Below the pieces are notes generated by a model, which saw only the letters and a list, made by a program, of their open reading frames with translations, was not told the DNA's origin and did not search any database. Of a stretch of DNA of 64,000 nucleotides, positions 9,741 to 18,972 are shown one piece after another. A program made the translations under genes and the position numbers. This stretch comes from an uncultured bacterium (GTDB lineage Bacteria > Krumholzibacteriota > Krumholzibacteriia > LZORAL124-64-63): the NCBI GenBank assembly GCA_963727525.1, contig CAVSGO010000007.1, positions 1,120,001 through 1,184,000 on the forward strand. Reading direction: 5' to 3'. The stretch's first letter is position 1, and each line of letters begins with the position of its first letter.

Positions 9741-10995
9741 CGTCCGCAGCCTCGGACTTCGCCGGATGGCGTGTCGGGTTCGATGCGGGGTGGTGCACGA
9801 CCTCGGCCCCGCCCGCCGGCGTTACCCGCAACGTCGCCGCCGACTTGCGACCCGCGTGCAACTCGATCACCTCGGCCACGCGGCGTCCGCTCAGGCCGAT
9901 GTGCCCCTCGAGCCGATCATCGAGCCCGAGGGCGTAGAACAGCTCGGAGTAGAGATCCCACCCGTGCCTCCGGTTGCGCATATGCTGCCGCGCGCCGAGC
10001 TGCGCGGCCACCAGGCAGAGGCCGAGCGCCGGCAGACCGAGCCAGGCCTGCTGCAGGTAGTCGCTGAGAGCAAACAGCTCGAAACCCGCTGCCACGAGCA
10101 GCAGCGTCACCACGGCGCGCGCGGGCGTGAATCCCAGCCTCACGAGGCGGTGGTGCAGGTGGTTGTCATCGGCGAGGAAGATCGACGTGCGGTTGCGGCA
10201 GCGGCGTACGATCGTGGTCGCCGTGTCCCAGATGGGGACGATCATCGGCGCCAGCAGCGTCGTCACCGGCACGCCCGCCGAGCGGCTCAGATTCAGCATC
10301 AGCGAGCTGAGCACCAGCCCGAGCCACATGCTTCCGGAGTCGCCGAGGAAGATCTTGTGGCTGCTGACATTCCAGTAGAGGAAGGCCATCGTGCCGCCGG
10401 CCAGCGCCGCGGTCAGGAGCAGCGAGTAGCGATCGCCCACCGCGATCGAGATCGCCAGCAGGAACAGCGCGGCCAGCACGGTGATGCCGCTCGCCAGCCC
10501 GTCGAGGCCGTCGATGAGGTTCATCGAGTTGATGAATCCCAGGTACCAGAGCAGCGTGAATGGCCACGACCAGCCGCCGAGCTCGAAAGCCCCCAGCCCC
10601 GGCAACACGATGGTATCGAGCCGCTGCCCGGCCACCATCAGACCGAGGATGACCACGAGCTGGCCATACAGCTTGTTCTCGGCGTGGATCCCGAAGCGAT
10701 CGTCTCCGACCCCGAGCGCGAGGATCACGAGGCCGGCACCGCTGAGGATGCCCAGCCACGACCACGGCAACGGCATCTTCAACACCATGGTCTCGAGGAA
10801 GTACAGCGAGCAGAAGAAGGAGACGAAAATGGCCAGACCACCGGTACGCGGCACCGGCTCGCGGTGCGGGCGCCGACCCCCTGGATGGTCCACGATCTCC
10901 GTCAGGAATCCGAGGTTGCGAAAGTGGGGCTGGACCAGCCAGGACATGACGAAGGCTACCCCGAAACTCACCAGGGCGACGATCCCTCGCTCCAC
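9706..10995 (-). CDS. MraY/WecA (TagO)-family undecaprenyl-phosphate GlcNAc-1-phosphate transferase
   Basis: PRTGGLAI, GVGDD, NSMNLIDGLDGLA, IFLGDSGS, HLHHRL motifs; GTG start after GGAGGAG. Confidence 0.88.
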   Translation of the reverse strand: MERGIVALVSFGVAFVMSWLVQPHFRNLGFLTEIVDHPGGRRPHREPVPRTGGLAIFVSFFCSLYFLETMVLKMPLPWSWLGILSGAGLVILALGVGDDRFGIHAENKLYGQLVVILGLMVAGQRLDTIVLPGLGAFELGGWSWPFTLLWYLGFINSMNLIDGLDGLASGITVLAALFLLAISIAVGDRYSLLLTAALAGGTMAFLYWNVSSHKIFLGDSGSMWLGLVLSSLMLNLSRSAGVPVTTLLAPMIVPIWDTATTIVRRCRNRTSIFLADDNHLHHRLVRLGFTPARAVVTLLLVAAGFELFALSDYLQQAWLGLPALGLCLVAAQLGARQHMRNRRHGWDLYSELFYALGLDDRLEGHIGLSGRRVAEVIELHAGRKSAATLRVTPAGGAEVVHHPASNPTRHPAKSEAADDALLPSSQDVS

Positions 10996-11089
10996 ATCTC
11001 CTCCGTCGGTTGGCCCCGTTCCGTCAGGGCGTGATCGATCCGAGGTCGCCGCGAAGTTATCCCACAACGCCGCAACCGGCAACCCCAAT

Positions 11090-12244
11090 TTACAAAAGAC
11101 GTTCGCCGACTGCGGCCCCCTCCAGGACCCGCCGGTACACCGCCACGGTGGTCTCCGCGGTCCGCTCCCAGGTCCACTCGCGGGCGCGCGCGGCGCCGCG
11201 CCTGGCGAGATCCCGCGCCAGCGCCGGCTCGTCGACCAGTCGCGCCATGGCAGCCGCGATCGCGTCCGGACGGGCCGGATCCACCAGGAGGGCCGCATCG
11301 CCCGCCACCTCGGCCATGGCCCCACGATCTGCGGTCACGACCGGCAGTCCGGCGGCCATGGCCTCCAGGATCGGGAAGCCGAAGCCCTCGTGCAGCGACG
11401 GCATTAGCAAGCCACGGGCCGCGCCGTAATGACCCCAGAGCTGCGCCGTATCGCAGTAGTCGTGGACCGTGAGGGCGCCCGCGTGCCGGAATTCCTCGAT
11501 CCGGGCACGCAGGGCACTGTCCTTCCAGCCGCGCCCGCCGACCAGCACGAGCGAGGGCGTCGGCATCCCTGCGGCCCGCCGGGCATCGCGAAACCGGCTA
11601 TACGCCGCCAGCAGGCCCTCGACGTTCTTACGCGGCTCGAGCGTTCCCACGAAGAGGTAGGGCGCGTCGGCCGCGCGGGGCCGCGTGGTGGGTGGCTGAC
11701 GCCACACCCAGCTCGGCGTGCCGAACAGGGTGACCGCGACGCGGGCGCCGACGGCAGGGAATGTGGCGGCGACATCCGCGGCCGTCGCCGCCGAGTTGCA
11801 GACCACCGCGGCCGCGCGTCCCAGGGTGCGCGGCACCAGGAGACGATAGTAAGTGAGTCGAGGCTCCTCGATCGTGTCCGGGAAATGCCGGTAGCCCAGA
11901 TCGTGCACCGTCACCACCTGCGGGCAGGGTGCGCGCAGCGGGCCCACGAACTGCAGACAGTGCAGGAGGTCGGCGCGAAGGCGGCGCAACAGACGTGGGA
12001 GTGCGATCTGCGTGTAAAGCGCCTTGCGCAGGGTCCCGCCGCGCGCGCCGGCGCAGGACAGCACGGTCCAGTGCGGCGCCCCGTGCAGGTGCGCGAAGAG
12101 CTCCGGATGCGTGGCGAGCACGGTGAAGGCCAGGCCGCGGTCCGAGTTAGCCAGCGCCGCCGTGAGCTCCAGGATCGCGCGTCCGACTCCGGTGGGCTGC
12201 GGCCGCACGAGCAACGCATCCAGCACGACGTGGGGGCGCGTCAA
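11090..12244 (-). CDS. GT4-family glycosyltransferase
   Basis: TGVGR, VVTVHDL, VGTLEPRKN, EGFGFPILEAMAAG motifs; TTG start overlaps the upstream stop. Confidence 0.88.
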   Translation of the reverse strand: MTRPHVVLDALLVRPQPTGVGRAILELTAALANSDRGLAFTVLATHPELFAHLHGAPHWTVLSCAGARGGTLRKALYTQIALPRLLRRLRADLLHCLQFVGPLRAPCPQVVTVHDLGYRHFPDTIEEPRLTYYRLLVPRTLGRAAAVVCNSAATAADVAATFPAVGARVAVTLFGTPSWVWRQPPTTRPRAADAPYLFVGTLEPRKNVEGLLAAYSRFRDARRAAGMPTPSLVLVGGRGWKDSALRARIEEFRHAGALTVHDYCDTAQLWGHYGAARGLLMPSLHEGFGFPILEAMAAGLPVVTADRGAMAEVAGDAALLVDPARPDAIAAAMARLVDEPALARDLARRGAARAREWTWERTAETTVAVYRRVLEGAAVGERLL

Positions 12245-13626
12245 CGGTTCGCCTCCCGGTCCCTCACGTCCTGGAGGGCCGCGAGCCACAGCCCCAGCGC
12301 GATACCGAGATGCGGCAGGTTGTACTGGGAAAACGTCAGCAATTGCACTGCCACGCCCACGGCCGCGGTCGCCGTGGCCACGATGCGCAGCCGCGCAGCG
12401 CCATCGGCCCGCGGAAGCAGGCGCCACGTCGTGCGCAATGGTTGCCACGAGAGCAGCACCAGCACCACGAAGCCCGCGAGCCCGGTCTCGCACAGCACTT
12501 CCAGCGGGAAGTTGTTCACGACGGGCCAGCTGAACTGGCTCTGCAATCCGAACGCGTCCACCAGCAGCGGGAAGTGGAAGGCGAACTGCCCCCAGCCCAC
12601 ACCCACCAGCGGACTCGCGAGGAACGCGCGCCACCCCGCCTGCATGCTGTACATGCGCGTCAGGTTCGACCAGTCGCCTCGGTCGAAGCTCTGCAGCAAG
12701 CGTTTCACTGGCCACAGCAGCGCATCGGGCCCCGCGATCACCGCGGCAACGACCGCCAGCGCCACGAGCGACGCGAGGCCGACCAGCAGCAGCGACCGGA
12801 GCGCCAGCGGCAGGCCGCCGCGACGCCGCAGAACGAGCCACACCACGACGGCGACACCCGCCGCGAGGATGGCACCGCGCGACCAGGTGGCGACGAGCAG
12901 CATGCAACCCAGCGCCCAGACCAGCCGCGCGCAGCGTCGGTCATGGAGAGTCAACGCCAGGACCGGGAGGATGGCCAGGAGCAGACTGCCGAGGTACAGC
13001 GGCTCGCACATGGTGCCACGCAGCCGGGGCACGCCCCGGAACATCCCGGCCAGGTACAGCTCCGGACTGCCGCTGAGGATCGCGGGATTGCTCGTGGCCA
13101 AGCGATCGATCGCGGCATAGCCGGGGAGCGGGTGCACGAATGCGACTCCCTGCAGCAGCGCATAGATCTCCTGGCCGGCAAGGACGACCAGGAGCGCTGT
13201 CAGCGTCGTGCGCCAGCGGCCGTCACCGCGCGTCCACAGCGCCGGGTATAGGACGAATCCCGCCATCACACCCACCTGGATCACCTGCCGGACGTAACGC
13301 GGCCATGCCTGTCCGACACTTCCGACAGCAGGCGTCCGCACGATGCCCAACGCCGAGACGCCGAGGGCGAGCGCGACGAGCCCTCCCGCCTTCACCAGCC
13401 CACGCCCATCCCCCGCACGCCACCGCGCCACGACACCATCGCGTCCTCGGCGGGTGCCGAGCATCGCCGCGCGCAAGGCGATCGCGACGGCCAGACAGAG
13501 GTACGCCGGCTGTAGCCCGGCGCCGACATCATGTCCCGTGAGCACGTGGATCACCCCGACCCCGGCCAGCGGCATGGTCAGCAACGCCGCGAGGTAGCAG
13601 GTGTCCGCCAGACGCGTCAATGTCAT
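12241..13626 (-). CDS. O-antigen ligase/polymerase (Wzy_C) family membrane protein
   Basis: Many TM segments; RLRGTMCEP, TWSRGA, PLVGVGWGQF, EVLCETGLAG motifs. Confidence 0.8.
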   Translation of the reverse strand: MTLTRLADTCYLAALLTMPLAGVGVIHVLTGHDVGAGLQPAYLCLAVAIALRAAMLGTRRGRDGVVARWRAGDGRGLVKAGGLVALALGVSALGIVRTPAVGSVGQAWPRYVRQVIQVGVMAGFVLYPALWTRGDGRWRTTLTALLVVLAGQEIYALLQGVAFVHPLPGYAAIDRLATSNPAILSGSPELYLAGMFRGVPRLRGTMCEPLYLGSLLLAILPVLALTLHDRRCARLVWALGCMLLVATWSRGAILAAGVAVVVWLVLRRRGGLPLALRSLLLVGLASLVALAVVAAVIAGPDALLWPVKRLLQSFDRGDWSNLTRMYSMQAGWRAFLASPLVGVGWGQFAFHFPLLVDAFGLQSQFSWPVVNNFPLEVLCETGLAGFVVLVLLSWQPLRTTWRLLPRADGAARLRIVATATAAVGVAVQLLTFSQYNLPHLGIALGLWLAALQDVRDREANR

Positions 13627-14183
13627 CGCGACCGCGTCCGTCGGCGCAGGTTGAGCAACAGGACCCAGGTGCCCAGCACGATGCCCGCCAGGAGCAGATA
13701 GCTCGCGTGGGTATTCTTGGGGTGCGAGGGCCGTGCGTAGACGACGAGTCCGGTCTCCACGTCGAGCGTCCCGGACGTCAGGTACGCCGCCATGCGGCCG
13801 TCGGTGAGCAGCAGGGGTTCATCGAGATCGTAACGGCCCGGCGCGAGGTCGAAGCGGCCGCGAGCGGTGATGCCCGACAGACCCGGGAGCGTCGCCACGG
13901 CGAGATCGTCGGCGCCATACGGTTCGCAGGCAAGCGAATCGGGCATGGTCACGACACCCGACTCCCAGACCAGCGCGCGCTGGCCACTACCCACCAGATC
14001 CGTGGCGCGCAAGGCGCCCACGCTGTCCGCCGCCGCCTTGAACACGAACAGCCCTCCGGACGCCTCGGCCACCGCAGCGGCGCCCAGCAGGAGCACGGCG
14101 AGACCGAGCGTGCCCACCCGGTTCACGACGCGCGCCCGATGCCGGTGATCGACAGGAAGGATGTCGAGACGACGCATGTCCAT
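13623..14183 (-). CDS. Hypothetical exported protein with C-terminal TM anchor and basic tail
   Basis: Signal-like LGLAVLLLGAAAVAEA; C-terminal YLLLAGIVLGTWVLLLNLRRRTRSR; stop overlaps the start of the ligase gene; start codon uncertain. Confidence 0.6.
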   Translation of the reverse strand: MDMRRLDILPVDHRHRARVVNRVGTLGLAVLLLGAAAVAEASGGLFVFKAAADSVGALRATDLVGSGQRALVWESGVVTMPDSLACEPYGADDLAVATLPGLSGITARGRFDLAPGRYDLDEPLLLTDGRMAAYLTSGTLDVETGLVVYARPSHPKNTHASYLLLAGIVLGTWVLLLNLRRRTRSR

Positions 14184-14231
14184 GGCCGGGCACGATAGAC
14201 CGCCCCGGGGCCGGAACTCAAGCGGAACCTG

Positions 14232-14783
14232 TCACGCCGACGCCATCAGGAATCGACGCGTCAGGCGACGGATCCCCGCGTCGAGCGGCTCCTCGTCGAA
14301 ACCGAGGGCGAGGACGCGAAGCCCTCGGCGCCCCGCGAGAGCCTTCGCCTGGATCGACGACCAGCCGGGCATGTCCACCTGGGCCGGCGGCGCCAGCGGC
14401 GACCTGACGGGCACCACGAGCACCGTCACCCGGGACGCCGTGACGAGCGATTCCAGACGTCCCAGATCGGCCGCGACGCGCGCCAGGCTCGCCTGCTTGC
14501 TCGTGATGCACCAGACCAGTTCCGCACAGCCCCCATGGCCGTGCGGCGGCGCGACGGGCGGTCGCCCGGTGCGCTCCCAGTGATCGAGAAGTTGCGGGTA
14601 GATGCGTCCGAGGTCCCACGCCGGCCGCGTGGAATCAGCGAGCGCCGTGGCCACGCGAGCGCTGAGCGCCGCGGTGCTCTGAGTGGCCACGACGATCGAC
14701 GGTAGCCCCATGTCCGACGTTGCCGGCGCTCTGTCGCGAAGCAGGAGATCCCCCTGGGTATCGCTGTGGTGACGGTGGGTCAT
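14232..14783 (-). CDS. Hypothetical protein
   Basis: Co-oriented ORF filling the gap between genes; start uncertain (14783 or 14711). Confidence 0.45.
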   Translation of the reverse strand: MTHRHHSDTQGDLLLRDRAPATSDMGLPSIVVATQSTAALSARVATALADSTRPAWDLGRIYPQLLDHWERTGRPPVAPPHGHGGCAELVWCITSKQASLARVAADLGRLESLVTASRVTVLVVPVRSPLAPPAQVDMPGWSSIQAKALAGRRGLRVLALGFDEEPLDAGIRRLTRRFLMASA

Positions 14784-14899
14784 CGCATGGCCTCGAAGAC
14801 ACGAAGGTCAGCGGAGCGGGCGAACGGACCGCTGGCAGGCTGTCTCGTGGCGAGCGTATCACCGCACTCAGGGCCGTTGTCAAGCAGGTAATGATTCCC

Positions 14900-15316
14900 T
14901 CAGATCACTGCGAGAGCGAAGAGTCCGCCCCACATCGCACCCCCGGCCACCTCGGCCCAGGTGTGTCCCATGAGTTCGCGCAGGCGCTCGCGATCGACCT
15001 CCTGGTGCGCCAGGAGCGTGTCCGAAAGGTCGTTCAGCAGGCGCGCCTGCTGCCCCACTTCCTGCCGCAGGCCGGTGGCCTCGAAGATGACGTAGATGGC
15101 AAATACGAGGACGAGGCTGAACACCGGCGCGTGGACGCCAGCGTCGTGGCCGACGAGGAAGGTGAGCGTGGTCACTGCCGAGGTGTGCGAGCTCGGCATG
15201 CCACCGTTGGTCAGGAACAGGCCCGGGCGCCAGCGACGGTGGCGGATCAGTTCGACCACGACCTTTGCCGCCTGGGCGGAGAGGCCGCTGAGGATGGCCA
15301 GTAGCCCGGCATTCAC
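14900..15316 (-). CDS. Divergent PAP2 family (DUF212) membrane protein
   Basis: GGMPSSH, EATGLRQEVGQQA and LRELMGHT motifs. Confidence 0.88.
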   Translation of the reverse strand: MNAGLLAILSGLSAQAAKVVVELIRHRRWRPGLFLTNGGMPSSHTSAVTTLTFLVGHDAGVHAPVFSLVLVFAIYVIFEATGLRQEVGQQARLLNDLSDTLLAHQEVDRERLRELMGHTWAEVAGGAMWGGLFALAVI

Positions 15317-15618
15317 TCCCGCACTCCTCCTCGCCGATCCGGACCCGGCGGACGGTATCCGGGATTCGCGTGCGGAACCGCCTGTCGTCCCTCGGTTTTC
15401 TCCCGCGATGGCCGATCGCCGTCGCGGGCCAAGGTAGAGTCGAACGGCCTATTTCGCCGCCCGCGCCCCGAATTGCCGCCCGGACCTTGAGAAATCACCG
15501 CAAGTTGTGTTATCTTGGTCCGTCCTGTTGCTATGAATCGACTCCCGAGTCCGGGCCAGGCCCGGCGCCGGGAACGACTGTGTCAGGCATCGACCTGGCG
15601 CCCAGGGAGACTGTCGCG

Positions 15619-17430
15619 ATGTTCAAGTTCCTCCGCTCCAAAGCCAAGTACTTCTACTGGGTGATCGCAGCCACGTTCGTTGCCTTCATCTTCCTGGCCT
15701 GGGGTATGGACGTGATGGGTCGCCGCGGGGGACCGCGCGTATCCGGCAATGCCGTCGGTTCGGTGAATGGGATCGAGATCCCCTTCGATCAGTACCAGCA
15801 GACCCTCCGCCAGCTCGAAAACCAGGTGCGGCAACGTGGCAACGATACGGAGATCTCCGCCAACCAGCGGGCGGCAATGCGCAAGCAAGCGTGGGACCAG
15901 TCGGTGCGTACGGTCATCGTTGACCAGGAACTCGATCGTCTCGGCATCGGCGTGAGCGACGAGGAAGTCGTCGACATCTTCAAGAACAACCCGCCGCCGG
16001 AGATCCTCCAGGCCTATGCCGACTCGACGGGTCGTCCAGACCTCAACGCCTATTACGCCGATCTCAACAACCCAGCGCGCGACTGGTCGCGCATGGAGCA
16101 GTACGTGCGCTATCTCGTGCCGCGCCAGAAGCTCGAGCGCATCCTCACCGCGGACGTGGTCGTGGGCGACGACGAGGTGCGCGAAGCGTTCGCGCGGCAG
16201 ACCGGCCGCGCCGTCGTCGAGTACATGGGCGTGCCTTACTCCCAGGTGAAGGACGACTACGAGCCGAGCGACAGCGAGATCCAGGCGTACTACGACGAGC
16301 ACAAGGGCGAGTACAACCGCGGCCCCCAGGCGCGCTGCAAGGTGGCCGTGTGGCCGAAGAAGCCGAGCCAGGCCGACTTCGACGACGTCCGCCAGATGGC
16401 CATGGACGTGAAACACGAGATCGAGTCCGGCGCCAAGACCTTCGCCGAAGCCGCGGAGATCTACAGCGAGGACGGCACCGCACAGAACGGCGGCGACCTC
16501 GGAACATTCGACCGCAATCGCATGGTCGAGCCCTTCACGAACGTCGCGTTCAACCTGCCCATCGGCCAGGTCAGCGATCCCGTGCAGACACAGTTCGGCT
16601 ACCATCTCATCGAGGTGCTCGAGCGTTTCGAGACGGACGGCAAGGTGGATCGCGTCCACGCGCGCCACATCCTCATCCGCGTCACGCCCGGCGAGGCGAC
16701 GGTCGACGCCCTGCATGATCGCGTCGAGGACTTCCGCAACGAGGTGACGGCGGCGACGTTCGCCACGGCCGCCCAGGCCGATACCACCTGCACGCTGATG
16801 GAACCGCAGCCGTTCATCGACGGGCGTGACATTCCCGGCGTGCGCCAGTCGGCCGCCGGCGCCAATTTCGCATTCCGCGCCGCGCCCGACGAGGTCAGCC
16901 CGGTCCTCGCCACCGACGACCAGTTCTATCTCGTCCTCGCCGAGGGCGTCGACCCGGCAGGCCCGCAGCCGCTGGAGAAGGTGCAGGCGCAGGTCACGCT
17001 GGCGTTGAAGCAAGAGCGCCAGCGCAAGGCCGCCACCGAGAAGCTGTCGCCCGCAGTGGGTCAGGTGCAGATGGGCGAGGCCATGGCCAAGGTCGCAGCA
17101 AGCGCCGACCTCACCCACGCCGTGTCCGACACGCTTACCCAGAGTACCCACGTCGCCGATGTCGGCTATGCGCCGGCGTTCAACCTGCTCGCCATCGAGT
17201 CCAAGCCCGGCACGCTCGTCCCCGACCTGCCGACCCCGGTCGGTGTCTTTGCCTTCAAGGTACTCTGGAGTGCGCCCCTGGACTCCACGCGCTACACGCT
17301 GGTCAAGGATCAGCTCCGCGCCCAGCTCACGATGCGCAAGCAGCAGGCCGTCATGGAAGATTGGTTCCAGTCCCAGATCGCGAAATCCAAGGTGGTCGAT
17401 CTGCGGGACAAGGTGCTGGGCGGGGCCTAA
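15619..17430 (+). CDS. SurA/PpiD-like parvulin peptidyl-prolyl isomerase
   Basis: N-terminal TM anchor; SurA N-domain; FAEAAEIYSED, GGDLG, QTQFGYHLI and HILI rotamase motifs. Confidence 0.88.
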   Translation: MFKFLRSKAKYFYWVIAATFVAFIFLAWGMDVMGRRGGPRVSGNAVGSVNGIEIPFDQYQQTLRQLENQVRQRGNDTEISANQRAAMRKQAWDQSVRTVIVDQELDRLGIGVSDEEVVDIFKNNPPPEILQAYADSTGRPDLNAYYADLNNPARDWSRMEQYVRYLVPRQKLERILTADVVVGDDEVREAFARQTGRAVVEYMGVPYSQVKDDYEPSDSEIQAYYDEHKGEYNRGPQARCKVAVWPKKPSQADFDDVRQMAMDVKHEIESGAKTFAEAAEIYSEDGTAQNGGDLGTFDRNRMVEPFTNVAFNLPIGQVSDPVQTQFGYHLIEVLERFETDGKVDRVHARHILIRVTPGEATVDALHDRVEDFRNEVTAATFATAAQADTTCTLMEPQPFIDGRDIPGVRQSAAGANFAFRAAPDEVSPVLATDDQFYLVLAEGVDPAGPQPLEKVQAQVTLALKQERQRKAATEKLSPAVGQVQMGEAMAKVAASADLTHAVSDTLTQSTHVADVGYAPAFNLLAIESKPGTLVPDLPTPVGVFAFKVLWSAPLDSTRYTLVKDQLRAQLTMRKQQAVMEDWFQSQIAKSKVVDLRDKVLGGA

Positions 17431-17432
17431 GA

Positions 17433-18478
17433 GGCGGACCTGAAGAGGCACGAACGACCGCTGGTCCTCGCAGAGCCTGCGGGGGCGGTCGTTCGTGCCT
17501 CTTCAGGTCCGCCGGAACGTTGACCCCACCCTCGTCGCGGGTTCGGACCTTCTCCGGTGTTCCTTATCCAGCAAATGCTTGTTGCGGCCTTGCGGGAGAG
17601 GATTGGGGGCACGAACGACCGCTGGTCCTCGCAGAGCCTGCGGGGGCGGTCGTTCGTGCCTCTTCAGGTCCGCCGGAACGTTGACCCTACCCTCGTCGCG
17701 GGTTCGGACCTTCTCCGGTGTTCCTTATCCAGCAAATGCTTGTTGCGGCCTTGCGGGAGAGGATTGGGGGCACGAACGACCGCTGGTCCTCGCAGAGCCT
17801 GCGGGGGCGGTCGTTCGTGCCTCTTCAGGTCCGCCGGAACGTTGACCCCACCCTCGTCGCGGGTTCGGACCTCCCTCGTAGGTCCTTCACCAGCAAGTGC
17901 TTGATATTGCCTTGCGGGAGAGGAATGGGGGTACGAACGACCGCTGGTCCTCGCAGAGCCTGCGGGGGCGGTCGTTTCGTGTCTCTTCAGGTCCGCCGGA
18001 ACGTTGGGCCCACCCTCGTCGCGGAATCGGAGCTCCCTCGGCGTTCCCTCCCCAGCAAGTGCTTGATACCTTGCGGGAAGAGGGTTGAGGACGCGAAGGG
18101 ACACTGGTCCTGCCAGAGCCTGCGGGAGCGGTCGTTCGTGCCTCTTCAGGTCCGCCGGAACGTTGCCCCCCCTCGTCGTGGCTTCGGAACTCCCTCGGCG
18201 TCCCCTCCCCAGCAAGTGCTCGTTACGGCCTTGCGGGAGGAGGGTTGAGGACGCGAAGGGACGCTGGTCCTCGCAGAGCCTGCGGGAGCGGTCGTTCGTG
18301 CCTCTTCAGGTCCGCCGGAACGTTGCCCCCCCTCGTCGTGGCTTCGGAACTCCCTCGGCGTCCCCTCCCCAGCAAGTGCTCGTTACGGCCTTGCGGGAGG
18401 AGGGTTGAGGACGCGAAGGGACGCCCCCGCAGGCTTTGCGAGGACCAGCGTCCCTTCGCGTCCTCAACCCTCCTCCCC
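17433..18478. repeat. Tandem array of ~6.5 palindromic 160-161 bp units
   Basis: 25-nt core CTGGTCCTCGCAGAGCCTGCGGGGG (minor variants) at 17461, 17622, 17783, 17944, 18104 and 18264, and inverted at 18424; flanked by inverted-repeat arms. Confidence 0.95.
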
Positions 18479-18898
18479 TCCGAAGGGATTGCGCGGCTTC
18501 TTCGGCAAGCTCCCCAGTTCCTGGTCCATGCGGTCGAGCTTGTCGCGGCGCCGCTTCTCGAACTCGCCGCCCTCGAAGAGGCGGGCCATCTTTTCGGATT
18601 CTTCCTGCTTGCGGCGGCCGAACTCGGCGAGGTCGGCGGCCATGGCGTCGGCGCGCTCGGACTCGAGGTCTTCCACGACCAGATGGTTGCGGATCTCGAG
18701 GTGGGTATCGAACGCGCTCTCCACCAGCGTCGCTGCGCCCAGCTCCTGCAGAGCCGCGGCGTGCAGGCGGATGGTGGCCTCGGGAAGATCGAGAAGCTCG
18801 GCGACCTCCGCCGGCCGTGGCGGGCGGCCGAGGCGGTGGGCCTGCACGCGGATCGCCGCGAGCAGCAGGTGAGCGTCTTGCTGGCTGATACGCGTCAC
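18464..18898 (-). CDS. Hypothetical protein with N-terminal HTH-like region and C-terminal charged helix
   Basis: GTG after GGAGG; RPPRPAEVAELLDL resembles a LexA-type winged helix; C-terminal part of ORF 18464..20047. Confidence 0.65.
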   Translation of the reverse strand: MTRISQQDAHLLLAAIRVQAHRLGRPPRPAEVAELLDLPEATIRLHAAALQELGAATLVESAFDTHLEIRNHLVVEDLESERADAMAADLAEFGRRKQEESEKMARLFEGGEFEKRRRDKLDRMDQELGSLPKKPRNPFGGEEG

Positions 18899-18972
18899 GG
18901 TGACACCTCCGGGGCGAGAGAGCGACGCGAAAGAAGGTAGCGGCTGGTCTGCCTCGCGGCAACGGCGGTCGC

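Noticed and set aside
17361-18460. ORFs inside the tandem array (e.g. 17495, 17557, 17718, 18085)
   Set aside because: Unit lengths are not multiples of 3, the same peptides recur in shifting frames, and there is no clear RBS; these are repeat artefacts.
17433-18478. CRISPR array
   Set aside because: The segments between cores are homologous to each other rather than unique spacers, the period is 160-161 bp, and no cas genes are in the window.
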